From: Escherichia coli
Lineage (GTDB): Bacteria > Pseudomonadota > Gammaproteobacteria > Enterobacterales > Enterobacteriaceae
NCBI RefSeq assembly: GCF_003334765.1
Contig: NZ_QOWT01000013.1
DNA: 64,000 nt
Direction: 5' to 3' (one strand)
Part shown: positions 13,736-25,468 of the stretch, one piece after another
Numbering within the stretch: position 1 is the stretch's first letter
Layout of the letters: the number at the start of each line of letters is the position of its first letter
Position numbers and translations under genes: made by a program
Notes under the pieces: model-generated
Databases searched by the model: none
What the model saw: only the letters and a program-made list of their open reading frames with translations
What the model was told of the DNA's origin: nothing

Positions 13736-15480
13736 TGGCCAAACTGCATTTTGTGAAGTTGCGCGTAAACGCCGCGGTGCTCAAGCAAATCGTTATGCGT
13801 ACCGCGTTCCACAATGACACCATCCTCGACGACCACGATTTCGTCTGCCTTTTCAATGGTAGACAAGCGGTGGGCAATCACCAGAGAGGTACGGTTTTTC
13901 TGCAACTCATCCAGTGCCGCCTGAATCGCACGTTCGGATTCGGTATCCAGAGCCGAGGTAGCTTCGTCCAGAATCAGAATCGGGCTATCACGCAACAAGG
14001 CTCGAGCGATAGCAATACGCTGACGCTGACCGCCAGAGAGCAGCACGCCGTTTTCACCAATCACTGTATCGAGACCGTTATCCATCTTATTGATGAAGTC
14101 CATGGCGTAGGCCATACGCGCCGCTTCTTCAATTTGCTCACGGCTGTACTGTTCAGTCCGTGCGTAAGCAATGTTGTTAGCAACCGTATCGTTAAACAGA
14201 TGGACATTCTGCGACACCAGAGCAACCTGGTTACGTAACGACGCCAGGGTATACTCGCGCAGATCGTGACCATCCATCAGGATTTCGCCTTCATCAATAT
14301 CGTAAAAACGCGTGATCAGGCTGGCGATGGTTGATTTACCCGAACCAGAGCGTCCAACCAGAGCAACCGTCTTCCCTGCCGGAATTTTCAGGTTGATGTT
14401 ACGCAATGCAGGTACGTCACGTCCCGGATAAGTAAAGGTGACATTGCGGAATTCCACGTCGCCAGTCGCACGCTCGATCACGCGCTTACCTTCATCTTTC
14501 TCCTGCTCACTGTCCAGAATGGTAAACAGCGTCTGACAAGCCGCCATACCGCGCTGGAACTGGGCGTTAACGTTGGTCAGCGATTTCAGCGGACGCATCA
14601 GTGCAATCATTGAAGAGAAAACAACGGTAATCGTACCGGCAGTCAGGCTATCCATGACACTTGGGAAGCTCGCCGCATACAGAACAAACGCCAGCGCCAA
14701 AGAGGCGATCAGCTGAATGATCGGATCAGAGATGGAAGAGGCTGAAACCATTTTCATCCCCTGAAGACGCATTCGGTTGCTGACTTTATCAAAGCGTTTC
14801 GTTTCCACTTCCTGACCACCGAAAATCAATACTTCTTTGTGGCCCTTCAGCATTTGTTCTGCGCTGGTGGTCACCTGCCCCATGGTGTTCTGCATGTTTT
14901 TACTGATGTTGCGAAAACGCTTCGATACAACGCGAATCGCAATCGAAACAATCGGTGCCAGCACAATCAAAATGATCGACAGTTGCCAACTGTAATAGAA
15001 CATCATGATGAACAGGCCGATGATCGACGCACCTTCACGCACAACAGTAATCAGTGCGCCGGAAGAAGAAGAAGCAACCTGTTCGGAATCGTAGGTAATA
15101 CGTGACAACAGCGTACCCGTTGACTGTTTGTCAAAGAATGAAACTGGCATTCCCATCATGTGACCAAACAGGCGGCGACGCATGGTCATTACCACCTTTC
15201 CTGATACCCAGGAGATACAGTAGCTGGAGACATAGCTGGTGATACCACGTAAAATCATCAGCCCGATCACCACCAGCGGCATCCACACCAGCACGGAGCG
15301 ATCTGTTTTACCAAAGCCATCATCAAGAAGTGGCTTAAGGAGCGATAACATGAAGGTATCGCTGGCTGCGTTGAGGATTAACGCTACGCCCGCCACGATC
15401 AGACCCGCTTTGAAAGGCGCAATGGTTGGCCACAGTCGGCGGAATGTCTGCCACGTAGAGAGATCTTTGTCGTTATGCAT
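13732..15480 (-). CDS. msbA: Lipid A/LPS flippase MsbA (ABC transporter, fused TMD-NBD)
   Basis: 582-aa ORF; Walker [13 protein letters not shown] signature LSGGQRQR, Walker [13 protein letters not shown]. Confidence 0.97.
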
Positions 15481-15516
15481 TCAAAAAACCAGCATTTGTT
15501 GAAATAGCCGCATATT

Positions 15517-17781
15517 CTACCCGTTATCCACTGGCACGCCAAACCACTGATGATACCAACGAGGTAAAATTTGCTCCCTGAGGCTGCTAATCCGCCAGCC
15601 TTGCGCTGAAAAATTGACCGTTGTTTGACCTTGATGTGGAGTATCAATCCATTGATATCCTTGCAGTTGATAGCGATGCTTAACTTTGTTAGAGGGCAGT
15701 CGCCATGCGTTATAGCGCGATGCCGATGCGAGTGCCACTTTTCCATTCACTCGCTGAATTAATGGCAACGATGATGAGGTATTACTGCCATGGTGAGGTA
15801 CCTGAAGCAATGTTGCCTGCACTTGCTGCCAGTAACGGCTTAGCATCTTTTGTTCAGCTGGGGCTTCAATATCACCGGTTAGAAGAATGCTATTCGTCCC
15901 GTCATCAACCTTAACCACACAGGAATGGTTATTTCCTTTATCGTTGCTACCTTGTAAAGGCCAGTGCGCGCTGAAACGCAATCCTTGCCATTGCCACGCT
16001 TCGCCACGCACACAGGGCTGATGATGTTCCCAGTTTAACGGACTTCTGATCCATAACATCGGCCATATATGCAATATTGAATCCAGCCCTCCCCGGTGAT
16101 CCAGATGTTCATGGCTCAGAATAACGCCTTCCGGTTCAAGATTATGCCAGTGGAGCCAGGGGATAATCAGTTGTTGCCCACTATCCCCTTCAGGCCAGGC
16201 CAGTCCTGTGTCATAGAGAATCGCTTTGCCGTTTCTGGCTATCACCATTGCCAGCCCTTGCCCGACATCAAGCATGTACAGCTGCCACTCGTCAGGTCGA
16301 GGTTTTTGCCACAGCGGCCAGCACATCAGCAAGCCTCCAGCCACACACATTGCTGGCAACGTTCGCCAGGCGTTTAATCGCCATACCACCAGTAAGAACC
16401 ATGGGGAAAATGATAGCCATTGCCAACATTCAGCAATGTTGATCCACCCTTCCGGCAAACTCTTTAACCCCCAGAAAAGTAAAGCCAAAGACCGGTCGGC
16501 AAGAAACCATAACCCTTGCTCCAGGATTAACGGCCCGCTTAAATGCACAACCATCGCGGCGAGGATCAACGGAACCGTGATAAATGTCACCAAGGGAATT
16601 GCTAATAGATTTGCAATAAACGAGGTCAGACTAATGCCATGAAATATGACGATTTGCACGGGCATAAGCAGAAGTGTGATTCCCAGTTGCAGATGGATGA
16701 GGGAAACAACTGCACGCAATACCGGCGGCAGTTGCCACTCAGGACAGGGAAACCACTGATACCAAAATATCAATGCCGCGACCGCAGCGGCAGAGAGCCA
16801 TAAACTTTGCGAGAGAATGGCAACAGGATCCATCAGCAAAATTGCCGCCAGACAACATATCCATACATCCCAGCCACTCCACTGTCGCCCACTTAACTTA
16901 AGCATTCCCCACGTAGCAAGCGCCACCATGGTACGCAATGCAGGAGGTTGCATTCCCGTCAACCAGGCATAAAAAGCAGCACAGCAGATTCCGCCAATTA
17001 ATGGTATTTGCCAGTGGATCCAGCGCCCAGGCAGAAAAATTTGTCCACTGCGAATGAGTCCGGCAGCCAGCAACGCCGCAAAAGCGATGTGCAATCCCGA
17101 TATCGCCATTAAATGCGCCGTTCCAGTATCGCGCATGATATTTTTGATTTCTTTGGGGACGGATAACCGTTCCCCCATACCTAAACCAAGAATAACCGCA
17201 TTCCACGGATAGGGTTGCAGCGTTGTTTGTAGTGACGCCAGATACTGTGCACGCAGGCTACAATTCGGTTCAATGACACTTGCCTGCAGAAAACGGCCGG
17301 TGAGCGGCTGATGCTGGGCAATGGCATAACGCTGGCTATCAAAGCCGCCATCATTAAGTTGGCCATGAACTGCACGAACTTTGAGTTTCATTGACCATTG
17401 TTGTCCAGCACAAACCGCTTGCGGAAGATATTCGCCATACATCACGAGACCTGACGCAGGGAATATACGTCGACCTTGTAGATGAGTAATTTGACCGTAA
17501 TGAGTGGTCATGCCGTCAGTTGCAGTGATCTCAACAATTGCATCCTGCGTCGCGCCAGTTAAGGTTTCTCCTGCCCACAAAATTTGCTTTGCTGATAATA
17601 TGCCCCAAACGAAAAACAGCAACGTCAGCGCGATATAACGGACGGTTTTAACAGGGATAAATGCCAGTACGCAGGCGAAGAGAGTCAGAAACGCAAGGGT
17701 TAATGTCCCAGGCAATTGGGGCAAAATCAGCAACGGAAAAATTCCGCTAATTATGCATACACCGACTGTCGTTATTTTCAT
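15517..17781 (-). CDS. ycaI: ComEC/Rec2-family competence-like inner membrane protein YcaI
   Basis: ORF track 15517..17859; preferred start MKITTVGVCIISG... at 17781 (754 aa); polytopic membrane region plus C-terminal metallo-beta-lactamase-like HxHxDH motif (SHEHLDHRGG). Confidence 0.88.
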   Translation of the reverse strand: MKITTVGVCIISGIFPLLILPQLPGTLTLAFLTLFACVLAFIPVKTVRYIALTLLFFVWGILSAKQILWAGETLTGATQDAIVEITATDGMTTHYGQITHLQGRRIFPASGLVMYGEYLPQAVCAGQQWSMKLKVRAVHGQLNDGGFDSQRYAIAQHQPLTGRFLQASVIEPNCSLRAQYLASLQTTLQPYPWNAVILGLGMGERLSVPKEIKNIMRDTGTAHLMAISGLHIAFAALLAAGLIRSGQIFLPGRWIHWQIPLIGGICCAAFYAWLTGMQPPALRTMVALATWGMLKLSGRQWSGWDVWICCLAAILLMDPVAILSQSLWLSAAAVAALIFWYQWFPCPEWQLPPVLRAVVSLIHLQLGITLLLMPVQIVIFHGISLTSFIANLLAIPLVTFITVPLILAAMVVHLSGPLILEQGLWFLADRSLALLFWGLKSLPEGWINIAECWQWLSFSPWFLLVVWRLNAWRTLPAMCVAGGLLMCWPLWQKPRPDEWQLYMLDVGQGLAMVIARNGKAILYDTGLAWPEGDSGQQLIIPWLHWHNLEPEGVILSHEHLDHRGGLDSILHIWPMLWIRSPLNWEHHQPCVRGEAWQWQGLRFSAHWPLQGSNDKGNNHSCVVKVDDGTNSILLTGDIEAPAEQKMLSRYWQQVQATLLQVPHHGSNTSSSLPLIQRVNGKVALASASRYNAWRLPSNKVKHRYQLQGYQWIDTPHQGQTTVNFSAQGWRISSLREQILPRWYHQWFGVPVDNG

Positions 17782-17935
17782 GCACCCCTCCCTGTTTATG
17801 GAAAGTGTGCAACTTTGTTGAGCGGTTGTCTGGTGGGAATTTTGCGTTCCCCGAGGCATATTCAGAAGAATTTAACGAAAGGGTGAAAACTGTTCAAAAC
17901 TCTGCGAGGCAGCTTCCAGTTCCAGATTAGAGAAA

Positions 17936-17960
17936 TGAAAAAAGCACCCGACAGGTGCTT
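17936..17960 (-). terminator. Intrinsic terminator downstream of ihfB
   Basis: Hairpin AGCACC-loop-GGTGCT at 17943-17959, followed on the minus strand by a T6 run (A-run 17938-17943 on +). Confidence 0.65.
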
Positions 17961-17988
17961 TTCTCTCGTTCAAGTTTGAGTAAAAAAC

Positions 17989-18273
17989 TTAACCGTAAAT
18001 ATTGGCGCGATCGCGCAGTTCTTTACCAGGTTTAAAGTGAGGAACGTATTTTCCTTCCAGTTCTACTTTATCGCCAGTCTTCGGATTACGTCCGGTACGT
18101 GGTGCGCGGTAGTGCAAAGAGAAACTGCCGAAACCGCGGATTTCAATACGCTCGCCCTGCGCAAGAGTCGAGGCCATATGCTCCAGCATCTCTTTTACTG
18201 CATCTTCAACCGTCTTGGCGGGAATGTGCGATTGCTGGGTGGCAAGTCTTTCTATCAATTCTGACTTGGTCAT
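17989..18273 (-). CDS. ihfB: Integration host factor beta subunit
   Basis: 94-aa [97 protein letters not shown]. Confidence 0.98.
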
Positions 18274-18327
18274 GATTCCTCCGGTTCCTTAAAGGCAAAT
18301 TAAGCGGCTGCTGTTGCTGCATTGATT

Positions 18328-18349
18328 AAGGGCGGCCGTAGCCGCCCTT
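18328..18349 (-). terminator. GC-rich hairpin downstream of rpsA (possible terminator)
   Basis: Perfect inverted repeat AAGGGCGGC-CGTA-GCCGCCCTT; no clear U-tract, so terminator function is uncertain. Confidence 0.4.
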
Positions 18350-18432
18350 AGTGCTTGATTACAGGACGAAACCTGCAATCTGTCAAGTAAACTCAACAAA
18401 CTTCGGAATAAAAATCCCGAAGAGTCAGAGAA

Positions 18433-20106
18433 TTACTCGCCTTTAGCTGCTTTGAAAGCTTCAGCCATTGCGTTGTTGGAGAAGTTTGCATCTTCCTGTT
18501 TGTTAACAGTTGCGATTGCATCTTTCTCGTCAGCTTCGTCTTTCGCACGAACAGACAGGCTGATTGCGCGGTTTTTACGATCAACGCCGGTGAATTTAGC
18601 TTCAACTTCGTCGCCAACGCTCAGAACCAGGGTAGCGTCTTCAACGCGGTCACGGGATGCTTCAGAAGCACGCAGGTAACCTTCAACGCCGTCAGCCAGT
18701 TCTACGGTTGCGCCTTTAGCGTCAACTGCAGTTACTTTACCGGTTACGATAGCGCCTTTCTTGTTCAGAGCAACCCAGTTGTTGAACGGATCTTCTGCGA
18801 GCTGTTTAACGCCCAGGGAGATACGTTCACGTTCTGCGTCAACCTGCAGAACAACTGCAGCGATTTCGTCGCCTTTTTTGTATTCACGAACTGCTTCTTC
18901 GCCTGCAACGTTCCAGGAGATGTCAGACAGGTGAACCAGGCCGTCGATGCCGCCGTCCAGGCCGATGAAGATACCGAAGTCAGTGATAGACTTGATTTTA
19001 CCTTCAACACGGTCGCCCTTGTTGTGGGTTTCCGCGAACTGCTGCCACGGGTTAGCTTTGCACTGTTTCAGACCCAGGGAGATACGACGACGTTCTTCGT
19101 CGATATCCAGAACCATAACTTCCACTACATCGCCAACGTTAACAACTTTGGACGGGTGGATGTTTTTGTTGGTCCAATCCATTTCGGAAACGTGTACCAG
19201 GCCTTCAACGCCTTCTTCGATTTCAACGAAGCAGCCGTAGTCGGTCAGGTTGGTCACGCGACCAGTCAGTTTGGTACCTTCCGGATAACGTTTAGCGATA
19301 GCTACCCACGGATCTTCGCCCAGCTGTTTCAGGCCCAGGGATACACGGGTACGTTCGCGGTCGAACTTCAGCACTTTAACAGTGATTTCGTCGCCCACGT
19401 TGACGATTTCGCTCGGATGCTTAACGCGTTTCCAGGCCATGTCAGTGATGTGCAGCAGGCCGTCAACGCCGCCCAGATCAACGAATGCACCGTAGTCAGT
19501 GAGGTTCTTAACGATACCTTTAACTTCCATGCCTTCCTGCAGGTTTTCCAGCAGCTGATCGCGCTCTGCGCTGTTTTCGGATTCGATAACGGCACGACGA
19601 GAAACAACAACGTTGTTGCGCTTCTGATCCAGCTTGATTACTTTAAATTCAAGCTCTTTGCCTTCCAGGTGCAGAGTGTCACGCACCGGACGAACGTCTA
19701 CCAGAGAACCTGGCAGGAACGCACGAATACCGTTCAGCTCAACAGTGAAGCCGCCCTTAACTTTGCCGTTGATAACACCGGTAACAGTTTCAGCATCTTC
19801 GTAAGCTTTTTCCAGCGTGATCCAGGCTTCGTGACGTTTAGCTTTCTCACGGGACAGCAGAGTTTCACCGAAGCCGTCTTCTACTGCGTCCAGAGCAACG
19901 TCAACTTCGTCACCTACCTGGATTTCCAGCTCGCCCTGGGCGTTTTTGAACTGCTCAGCCGGGATGGCGGACTCAGATTTCAGACCAGCGTCAACCAGTA
20001 CTACGTCTTTGTCGATAGCAACAACAACGCCACGAACGATAGAACCCGGGCGGGTTTCGATTTCTTTTAAGGACTCTTCAAAGAGTTGAGCAAAAGATTC
20101 AGTCAT
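18433..20106 (-). CDS. rpsA: 30S ribosomal protein S1
   Basis: 557-aa [35 protein letters not shown]... with repeated S1 domains. Confidence 0.98.
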
Positions 20107-20216
20107 GTTTAATCTTCAGGTTTATATTTAACGTCCACCTGGCTCCATGCCGGATGGGGTTGTTTAACATACCCGCTGTCATTCCATTGCAACGGGGGTA
20201 CTGCAAATTCGGTCGC

Positions 20217-20900
20217 TTATGCGAGAGCCAATTTCTGGCGCGCGTATTGTAGCGCTTTTTCAATCACTTGCTCAATGCTTAAGGTGGTGGAATCCAACAC
20301 TAAAGCATCGGCTGCCGGAACCAGTGGCGCTACCGCTCGGTTACGATCGCGGTCGTCGCGTTCTTTGATCTCGGCCAAAAGGCGCTCAAAGTTAACACTA
20401 AAGCCCTTCTCCTGCAACTGTAGCATGCGGCGATGCGCACGTTCTTCCGAGGAGGCGTCAAGGAAAATTTTCACTGGTGCATCAGGGAATACCACCGTTC
20501 CCATGTCGCGGCCATCGGCAATCAGACCTGGTAATTCGCGAAACGCGCGTTGGCGACGCAATAATGCTTCACGAACGCGTGGGAATGCCGCGACTTGTGA
20601 AGCTGCATTCGCCACTTCCTGAGTACGAATTTCGCCGCTGACATCTTCCCCTTCGAGGATCACTTCCAGATTGCCATTGGTCGACACAAAACGTACATCC
20701 AGATGGGATGCCAGCGGTACCAGCGCATCTTCCGACGCAACATCAACATGGTGATGTAATGCCGCCAATGCCAGTACGCGATAAATTGCACCCGAGTCCA
20801 GCAGATGCCATTGCAACGCTTCCGCCATAGCCTTACACAAGGTGCCTTTCCCTGCACCGCTTGGGCCATCAATGGTAATAACCGGGGCAATTGCCGTCAT
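20217..20900 (-). CDS. cmk: Cytidylate kinase
   Basis: 227-aa ORF with P-loop [13 protein letters not shown]. Confidence 0.96.
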
Positions 20901-21072
20901 CTTTATCTCCTTAAAACAGGCGTACCGTTAACATAACCGCGCGCATTATACGCGCCGACGCCACAAATCGTTAACGTTGTGTGCAAAAACCAGTTTTGTC
21001 TGTATTCAGATGGGGATTTATTGCGCAATTATAGCGGGCTGGCAGAAGACCAGCCCGAAAGATGACAATGAT

Positions 21073-21837
21073 TTACTTACCAGAGGAGATACGATCACGG
21101 ATGTGTTGCGCACGCTCTGTTGATGGTGGGTGAGAGTCAAACATGGACTGGGTGCGACCGCCATCCAGGCTAGCCAGTTTTTCAAAGCTGCCAACCAGCC
21201 CCTGGGTGCTGATGCCACGTTTCTTCAACAGATCAAAGGAGAAATCATCTGCTTCGGACTCTTTATCACGGGAGTATTTAGCATTGATAGCGCCTTCTGC
21301 GATATCACCTAATTGTGAGCGGGAAAGCTGGGAAGCCACACCGCTGGTAGCTGAAATGGCATCGCGTGCGGCAACGATCGCATAAGAAGCTTTCATTTCA
21401 GCCAGCGAGTGACCCAACGCGACGTGGCCCAGTTCATGGCCCAGAACGCCTTCAATTTCGTTGTCATTCATCATGTCCATCAGGCCACTGTAGACACGAA
21501 CACAGCCGTTCGCCATCGCCCATGCGTTGACGTCGCTGGTCATATAAACCTTATAGTTGACCGGCGTGCCATTAATATTGTTACCCAATGCTTTGGCGAT
21601 TTTTGCCAGACGTTTACCGTACTTGCTGGATTTACTTGCGACTTGATTGCCGCTGTCCATTTCGGCACAGCCCTGATTGGCAATCGCTTTTGCATCGGCA
21701 TCGCTTAATGTTGCTGCTTTATAGGCATTTAAACCGGAGCTGATAGCCATATTGGTATCAATACCGTGGGTATTTTGACACCCTGTCAGTAATGCTGCAG
21801 AGGTCGCAATCGCCAGCAGTAATTTAGTATTCTTCAT
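21073..21837 (-). CDS. ycaL: M48-family metallopeptidase lipoprotein YcaL
   Basis: ORF 21073..21861; start at MKNTKLLLAIATSAALLTGC (lipobox); HExxH motif HELGHVALGH. Confidence 0.88.
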   Translation of the reverse strand: MKNTKLLLAIATSAALLTGCQNTHGIDTNMAISSGLNAYKAATLSDADAKAIANQGCAEMDSGNQVASKSSKYGKRLAKIAKALGNNINGTPVNYKVYMTSDVNAWAMANGCVRVYSGLMDMMNDNEIEGVLGHELGHVALGHSLAEMKASYAIVAARDAISATSGVASQLSRSQLGDIAEGAINAKYSRDKESEADDFSFDLLKKRGISTQGLVGSFEKLASLDGGRTQSMFDSHPPSTERAQHIRDRISSGK

Positions 21838-22005
21838 GTGAATCATCCGTTGATTAATCATATATAAATATTATGTATCAACAACTTACATTGACAAGCG
21901 ACGCTACCATTAATCAAAATGACTCACAAGGTCCGAAAAAAAACGCCGACAATGTGCCGACGTTTTGATAAAGAAAGATTTGGCTATTTATTGCCCGTTG
22001 TTCAT

Positions 22006-23289
22006 TCAGGCTGCCTGGCTAATCCGCGCCAGCTGCTCGAAATAATCCGGAAATGTTTTGGCCGTGCATTTGGGATCAAGAATCGTCACTGGTGTATCTG
22101 ACAACGCCACCAGCGAGAAACACATCGCCATCCGGTGATCATTGTATGTCGCGATCTCGGCAAAGTTCAGTTTTTCCGGAGGAGTGATACGAATGTAATC
22201 GTGCCCCTCTTCCACTTCCGCGCCGACTTTACGCAGTTCTGTTGCCATCGCAAACAGGCGATCGGTCTCTTTAACACGCCAGTTATAGATATTGCGCAGC
22301 GTGGTGGTGCCTTTTGCAAATAACGCCGCCGTGGCAATGGTCATCGCCGCATCAGGAATATGGTTCATATCCATATCAATAGCGTTCAGTTCACCACGCG
22401 TGCAGGAAATATAATCATCGCCCCAGCAAATGGTCGCGCCCATTTTTTCCAGCACATCAGCAAAGCGAATATCACCCTGCATACTGTTACGTCCAATACC
22501 GGTCACTTTTACAGTGCCGCCTTTGATTGCTGCTGCTGCCAGAAAGTAAGAAGCCGAAGATGCATCGCCTTCGACCAAATAAGTACCCGGAGACTGATAA
22601 GACTGCCCGCCTTTTACGACAAATTGTTGATAGTGCTGATTTTCAATTTCAACACCAAACGTCTTCATCAGATTGAGTGTGATGTCGATATAAGGTTTAG
22701 AAACCAGATCGCCTTTAATACGAATCACCGTATCTTCCGGCGCAAGAGGCGCAGTCATTAACAGTGCGGTGAGGAATTGGCTGGAAACGGAGCCATCAAC
22801 GTCAACGTTGCCGCCAGTAAAGCCGCCCTGTAAACGCAACGGCGGATAATTTTCTTGTTCCAGGTAAGTGATCTTCGCCCCGCCCAGGCGCAGCGCATCC
22901 ACCAGATGACCAATCGGGCGTTCTTTCATACGCGGCTCACCGGTCAGCACAATATCATTGCTACCCAGACAAAGAGCTGCCGCCAGCGGACGCATTGCCG
23001 TTCCGGCGTTACCGAGGAACAACTCCAGGGCACCTTCTGCGTGTAATGGACCGCCGTTACCGATAATTTCGCAACGCGTACGATCGGCTGAAAGCGTATA
23101 GCTTACCCCTAACGCTGTTAATGCATTCAGCATATGGCGCACGTCATCGCTATCCAGCAGATTGGTTAATACTGTTTTGCCGTGTGCTAATGCCGCCAGC
23201 AATAAAGCGCGGTTAGAAACGCTCTTGGAACCGGGCAGATTAATAGTGCCATCGACACGAGCGATGGGTTGTAACGTCAGGGATTCCAT
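22006..23289 (-). CDS. aroA: 3-phosphoshikimate 1-carboxyvinyltransferase (EPSP synthase)
   Basis: 427-aa [38 protein letters not shown]... Confidence 0.97.
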   Translation of the reverse strand: MESLTLQPIARVDGTINLPGSKSVSNRALLLAALAHGKTVLTNLLDSDDVRHMLNALTALGVSYTLSADRTRCEIIGNGGPLHAEGALELFLGNAGTAMRPLAAALCLGSNDIVLTGEPRMKERPIGHLVDALRLGGAKITYLEQENYPPLRLQGGFTGGNVDVDGSVSSQFLTALLMTAPLAPEDTVIRIKGDLVSKPYIDITLNLMKTFGVEIENQHYQQFVVKGGQSYQSPGTYLVEGDASSASYFLAAAAIKGGTVKVTGIGRNSMQGDIRFADVLEKMGATICWGDDYISCTRGELNAIDMDMNHIPDAAMTIATAALFAKGTTTLRNIYNWRVKETDRLFAMATELRKVGAEVEEGHDYIRITPPEKLNFAEIATYNDHRMAMCFSLVALSDTPVTILDPKCTAKTFPDYFEQLARISQAA

Positions 23290-23359
23290 GAACTCAACTC
23301 TCTACAACAGAAATAAAAACCCCACAGGCTGGCTGTGGGGATTAAGCAAAATTTCGGCA

Positions 23360-24448
23360 TTAACCGTGACGGCGTTCGAACTCAACCATGAAGTCTGTCA
23401 GCGCTTTAACGCCTTCCAGCGGCATGGCGTTATAAATAGAAGCGCGCATTCCGCCGACCACACGGTGACCTTTCAGTGCATGAAGGCCAGCAGCAAAAGA
23501 CTCTTCAAGGAACAATTTGTCAAGCGCACTGTCCGCCAACTGGAACGGCACGTTCATCCGCGAACGGTTAGCTTTCGCCACGTCATTGCGGTAGAAATCG
23601 CTGTTATCAATCACCCCATATAGCAGTTCTGCTTTTTGCTGATTGATTTTATCCATTTCAGCTACACCGCCGTTCGCTTTCAGCCATTTAAAGACCAGAC
23701 CAGATAGATACCAGGCAAATGTCGGCGGCGTGTTAAACATGGAGCCGTTATCGTTGAGGATGGAATAATCCAGAATCGACGGACACGCGATATTCGCTTT
23801 GCCCAGCAAATCTTCACGAACGATGACGATTGTCAGGCCAGCCGGGCCGATATTTTTCTGCGCGCCAGCGTAAATTACACCATAACGGCTGACGTCAATC
23901 GGACGGGAAAGAATGGTTGAAGAGAAGTCAGCGGCGACCACCACATCTGCGCCGAAGTCTGGCGTTTCGTCGATGGCGATACCATCGATGGTTTCATTCG
24001 GGCAATAATGCATATAAGCAGCATTATCAGAGAGTTGCCATTCACGCATTGGCTTAACCGCGCGCAGACCATCAACAGTCACTTTGGCGTCAAAGACATT
24101 AGGCGTGCAGTATTTTTTCGCTTCTTTAATGGCACTTGCCGCCCAGTAACCGGCATCAACATAATCTGCGGTGGTTTTATCACCGAGAATATTCAGCGGT
24201 ACCGCAGCAAACTGACCGCGACCACCGCCATGGCAGAATAATACCTTGTAGTTGGAGGGGACATTAAGAAGATCGCGAAAATCCTTCTCGGCTTCCTCTG
24301 CAACCTGAATGAACTCTTTGCCACGGTGACTCACTTCCATCACCGACGTACCAAGACCGTTCCAGTCGCGCAGTTCCTGTTGAGCCTGTTTAAGCACCTC
24401 TGCCGGTAGCATTGCCGGACCAGAACTAAAATTGAAGATTTGAGCCAT
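23360..24448 (-). CDS. serC: Phosphoserine aminotransferase
   Basis: 362-aa [49 protein letters not shown]...; upstream of aroA (serC-aroA operon). Confidence 0.97.
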   Translation of the reverse strand: MAQIFNFSSGPAMLPAEVLKQAQQELRDWNGLGTSVMEVSHRGKEFIQVAEEAEKDFRDLLNVPSNYKVLFCHGGGRGQFAAVPLNILGDKTTADYVDAGYWAASAIKEAKKYCTPNVFDAKVTVDGLRAVKPMREWQLSDNAAYMHYCPNETIDGIAIDETPDFGADVVVAADFSSTILSRPIDVSRYGVIYAGAQKNIGPAGLTIVIVREDLLGKANIACPSILDYSILNDNGSMFNTPPTFAWYLSGLVFKWLKANGGVAEMDKINQQKAELLYGVIDNSDFYRNDVAKANRSRMNVPFQLADSALDKLFLEESFAAGLHALKGHRVVGGMRASIYNAMPLEGVKALTDFMVEFERRHG

Positions 24449-24646
24449 TTCCCCTCACCACGTTGCGTTGCTATTAACCCGCGGTCAATCGATTGCGACC
24501 ACAGGTAATACATTATTCCTGTGGCTATCGGTTTTATCATTCAGTGACACACATCGCAATGAGTAAAACCGTTGAGGGCAAAAATGTGGCTTGCATCACA
24601 CAAAAGAATCTCTCGGATTATTAGCAAAAAGCCGATGTTTTTACTG

Positions 24647-25339
24647 TCAGGTCACCCGTTTTGCCCGACTTGCCTTCGTCCATTCTGGATTTGCACAGCG
24701 CGGACATAATTGTTTTTCCCCCGCTTTCATATGAATGATTTCACTACAACGAATACAGGCATAGTCCGCCGACTCCGGCACCACTTTGTAACGCTGCGTA
24801 CAATCACTGGGTAAAATAAGTAAACCCGGTTTCACCTTGTCATCTTCAAAGAAATAGACACTGATTTGCCCGTTGGTTTCGAGAATCGCCAGACGTACCT
24901 GCCCCAGCTGCTCCACGCCACGCAATCGTAGCTCCATAAAGAACTCAAATTCCGTCATGTTGGAGTTATTGAGTTTCGACCAGGCCAGCTCGCCATCTTC
25001 AATAATGACAACTGGCTTGCCTTCCAGAAGATCTTCCAGTTTTTCACTGTGCGCCATCAACCACATTACCAGGCGGTATAACAACGCCAGAGTAATAAAG
25101 ACGATAAGTACCGGGACCATCGGCACATCATCATAAAACGCCACATCTCCCGCCGCTGATCCCAGCGTCAGAATGATTAAAACTTCAAACAGCGACATCT
25201 GCCGCACACCGCGTCTTCCGGTCATTTTGAGGAACAAAAAGACCAGTACAAAGGTATAAAGACTACGTAGTGCAACTTCGCCAAGGAAATCAAAAGGCAC
25301 TTTATCAAATGCCATACGGTGGAGATCGAACGCCTTCAT
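24647..25339 (-). CDS. ycaP: DUF421 inner membrane protein YcaP
   Basis: 230-aa ORF with N-terminal transmembrane helices; divergent from ycaO. Confidence 0.85.
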   Translation of the reverse strand: MKAFDLHRMAFDKVPFDFLGEVALRSLYTFVLVFLFLKMTGRRGVRQMSLFEVLIILTLGSAAGDVAFYDDVPMVPVLIVFITLALLYRLVMWLMAHSEKLEDLLEGKPVVIIEDGELAWSKLNNSNMTEFEFFMELRLRGVEQLGQVRLAILETNGQISVYFFEDDKVKPGLLILPSDCTQRYKVVPESADYACIRCSEIIHMKAGEKQLCPRCANPEWTKASRAKRVT

Positions 25340-25468
25340 TTTTATGCTCTTAACGTGGTTTATCCGCTAAAAGCATAGTCAACAGTTCATCGGCATGGCG
25401 GCGGTGATAGCGCCTTTGAGATAAAACCCGTATTATTGCGCGCTTTCCGTACGACTAAAGTGATTTTC

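Noticed and set aside
18931-20070. 379-aa plus-strand ORF antisense to rpsA
   Set aside because: Shadow ORF inside a highly expressed ribosomal protein gene; non-protein-like composition.
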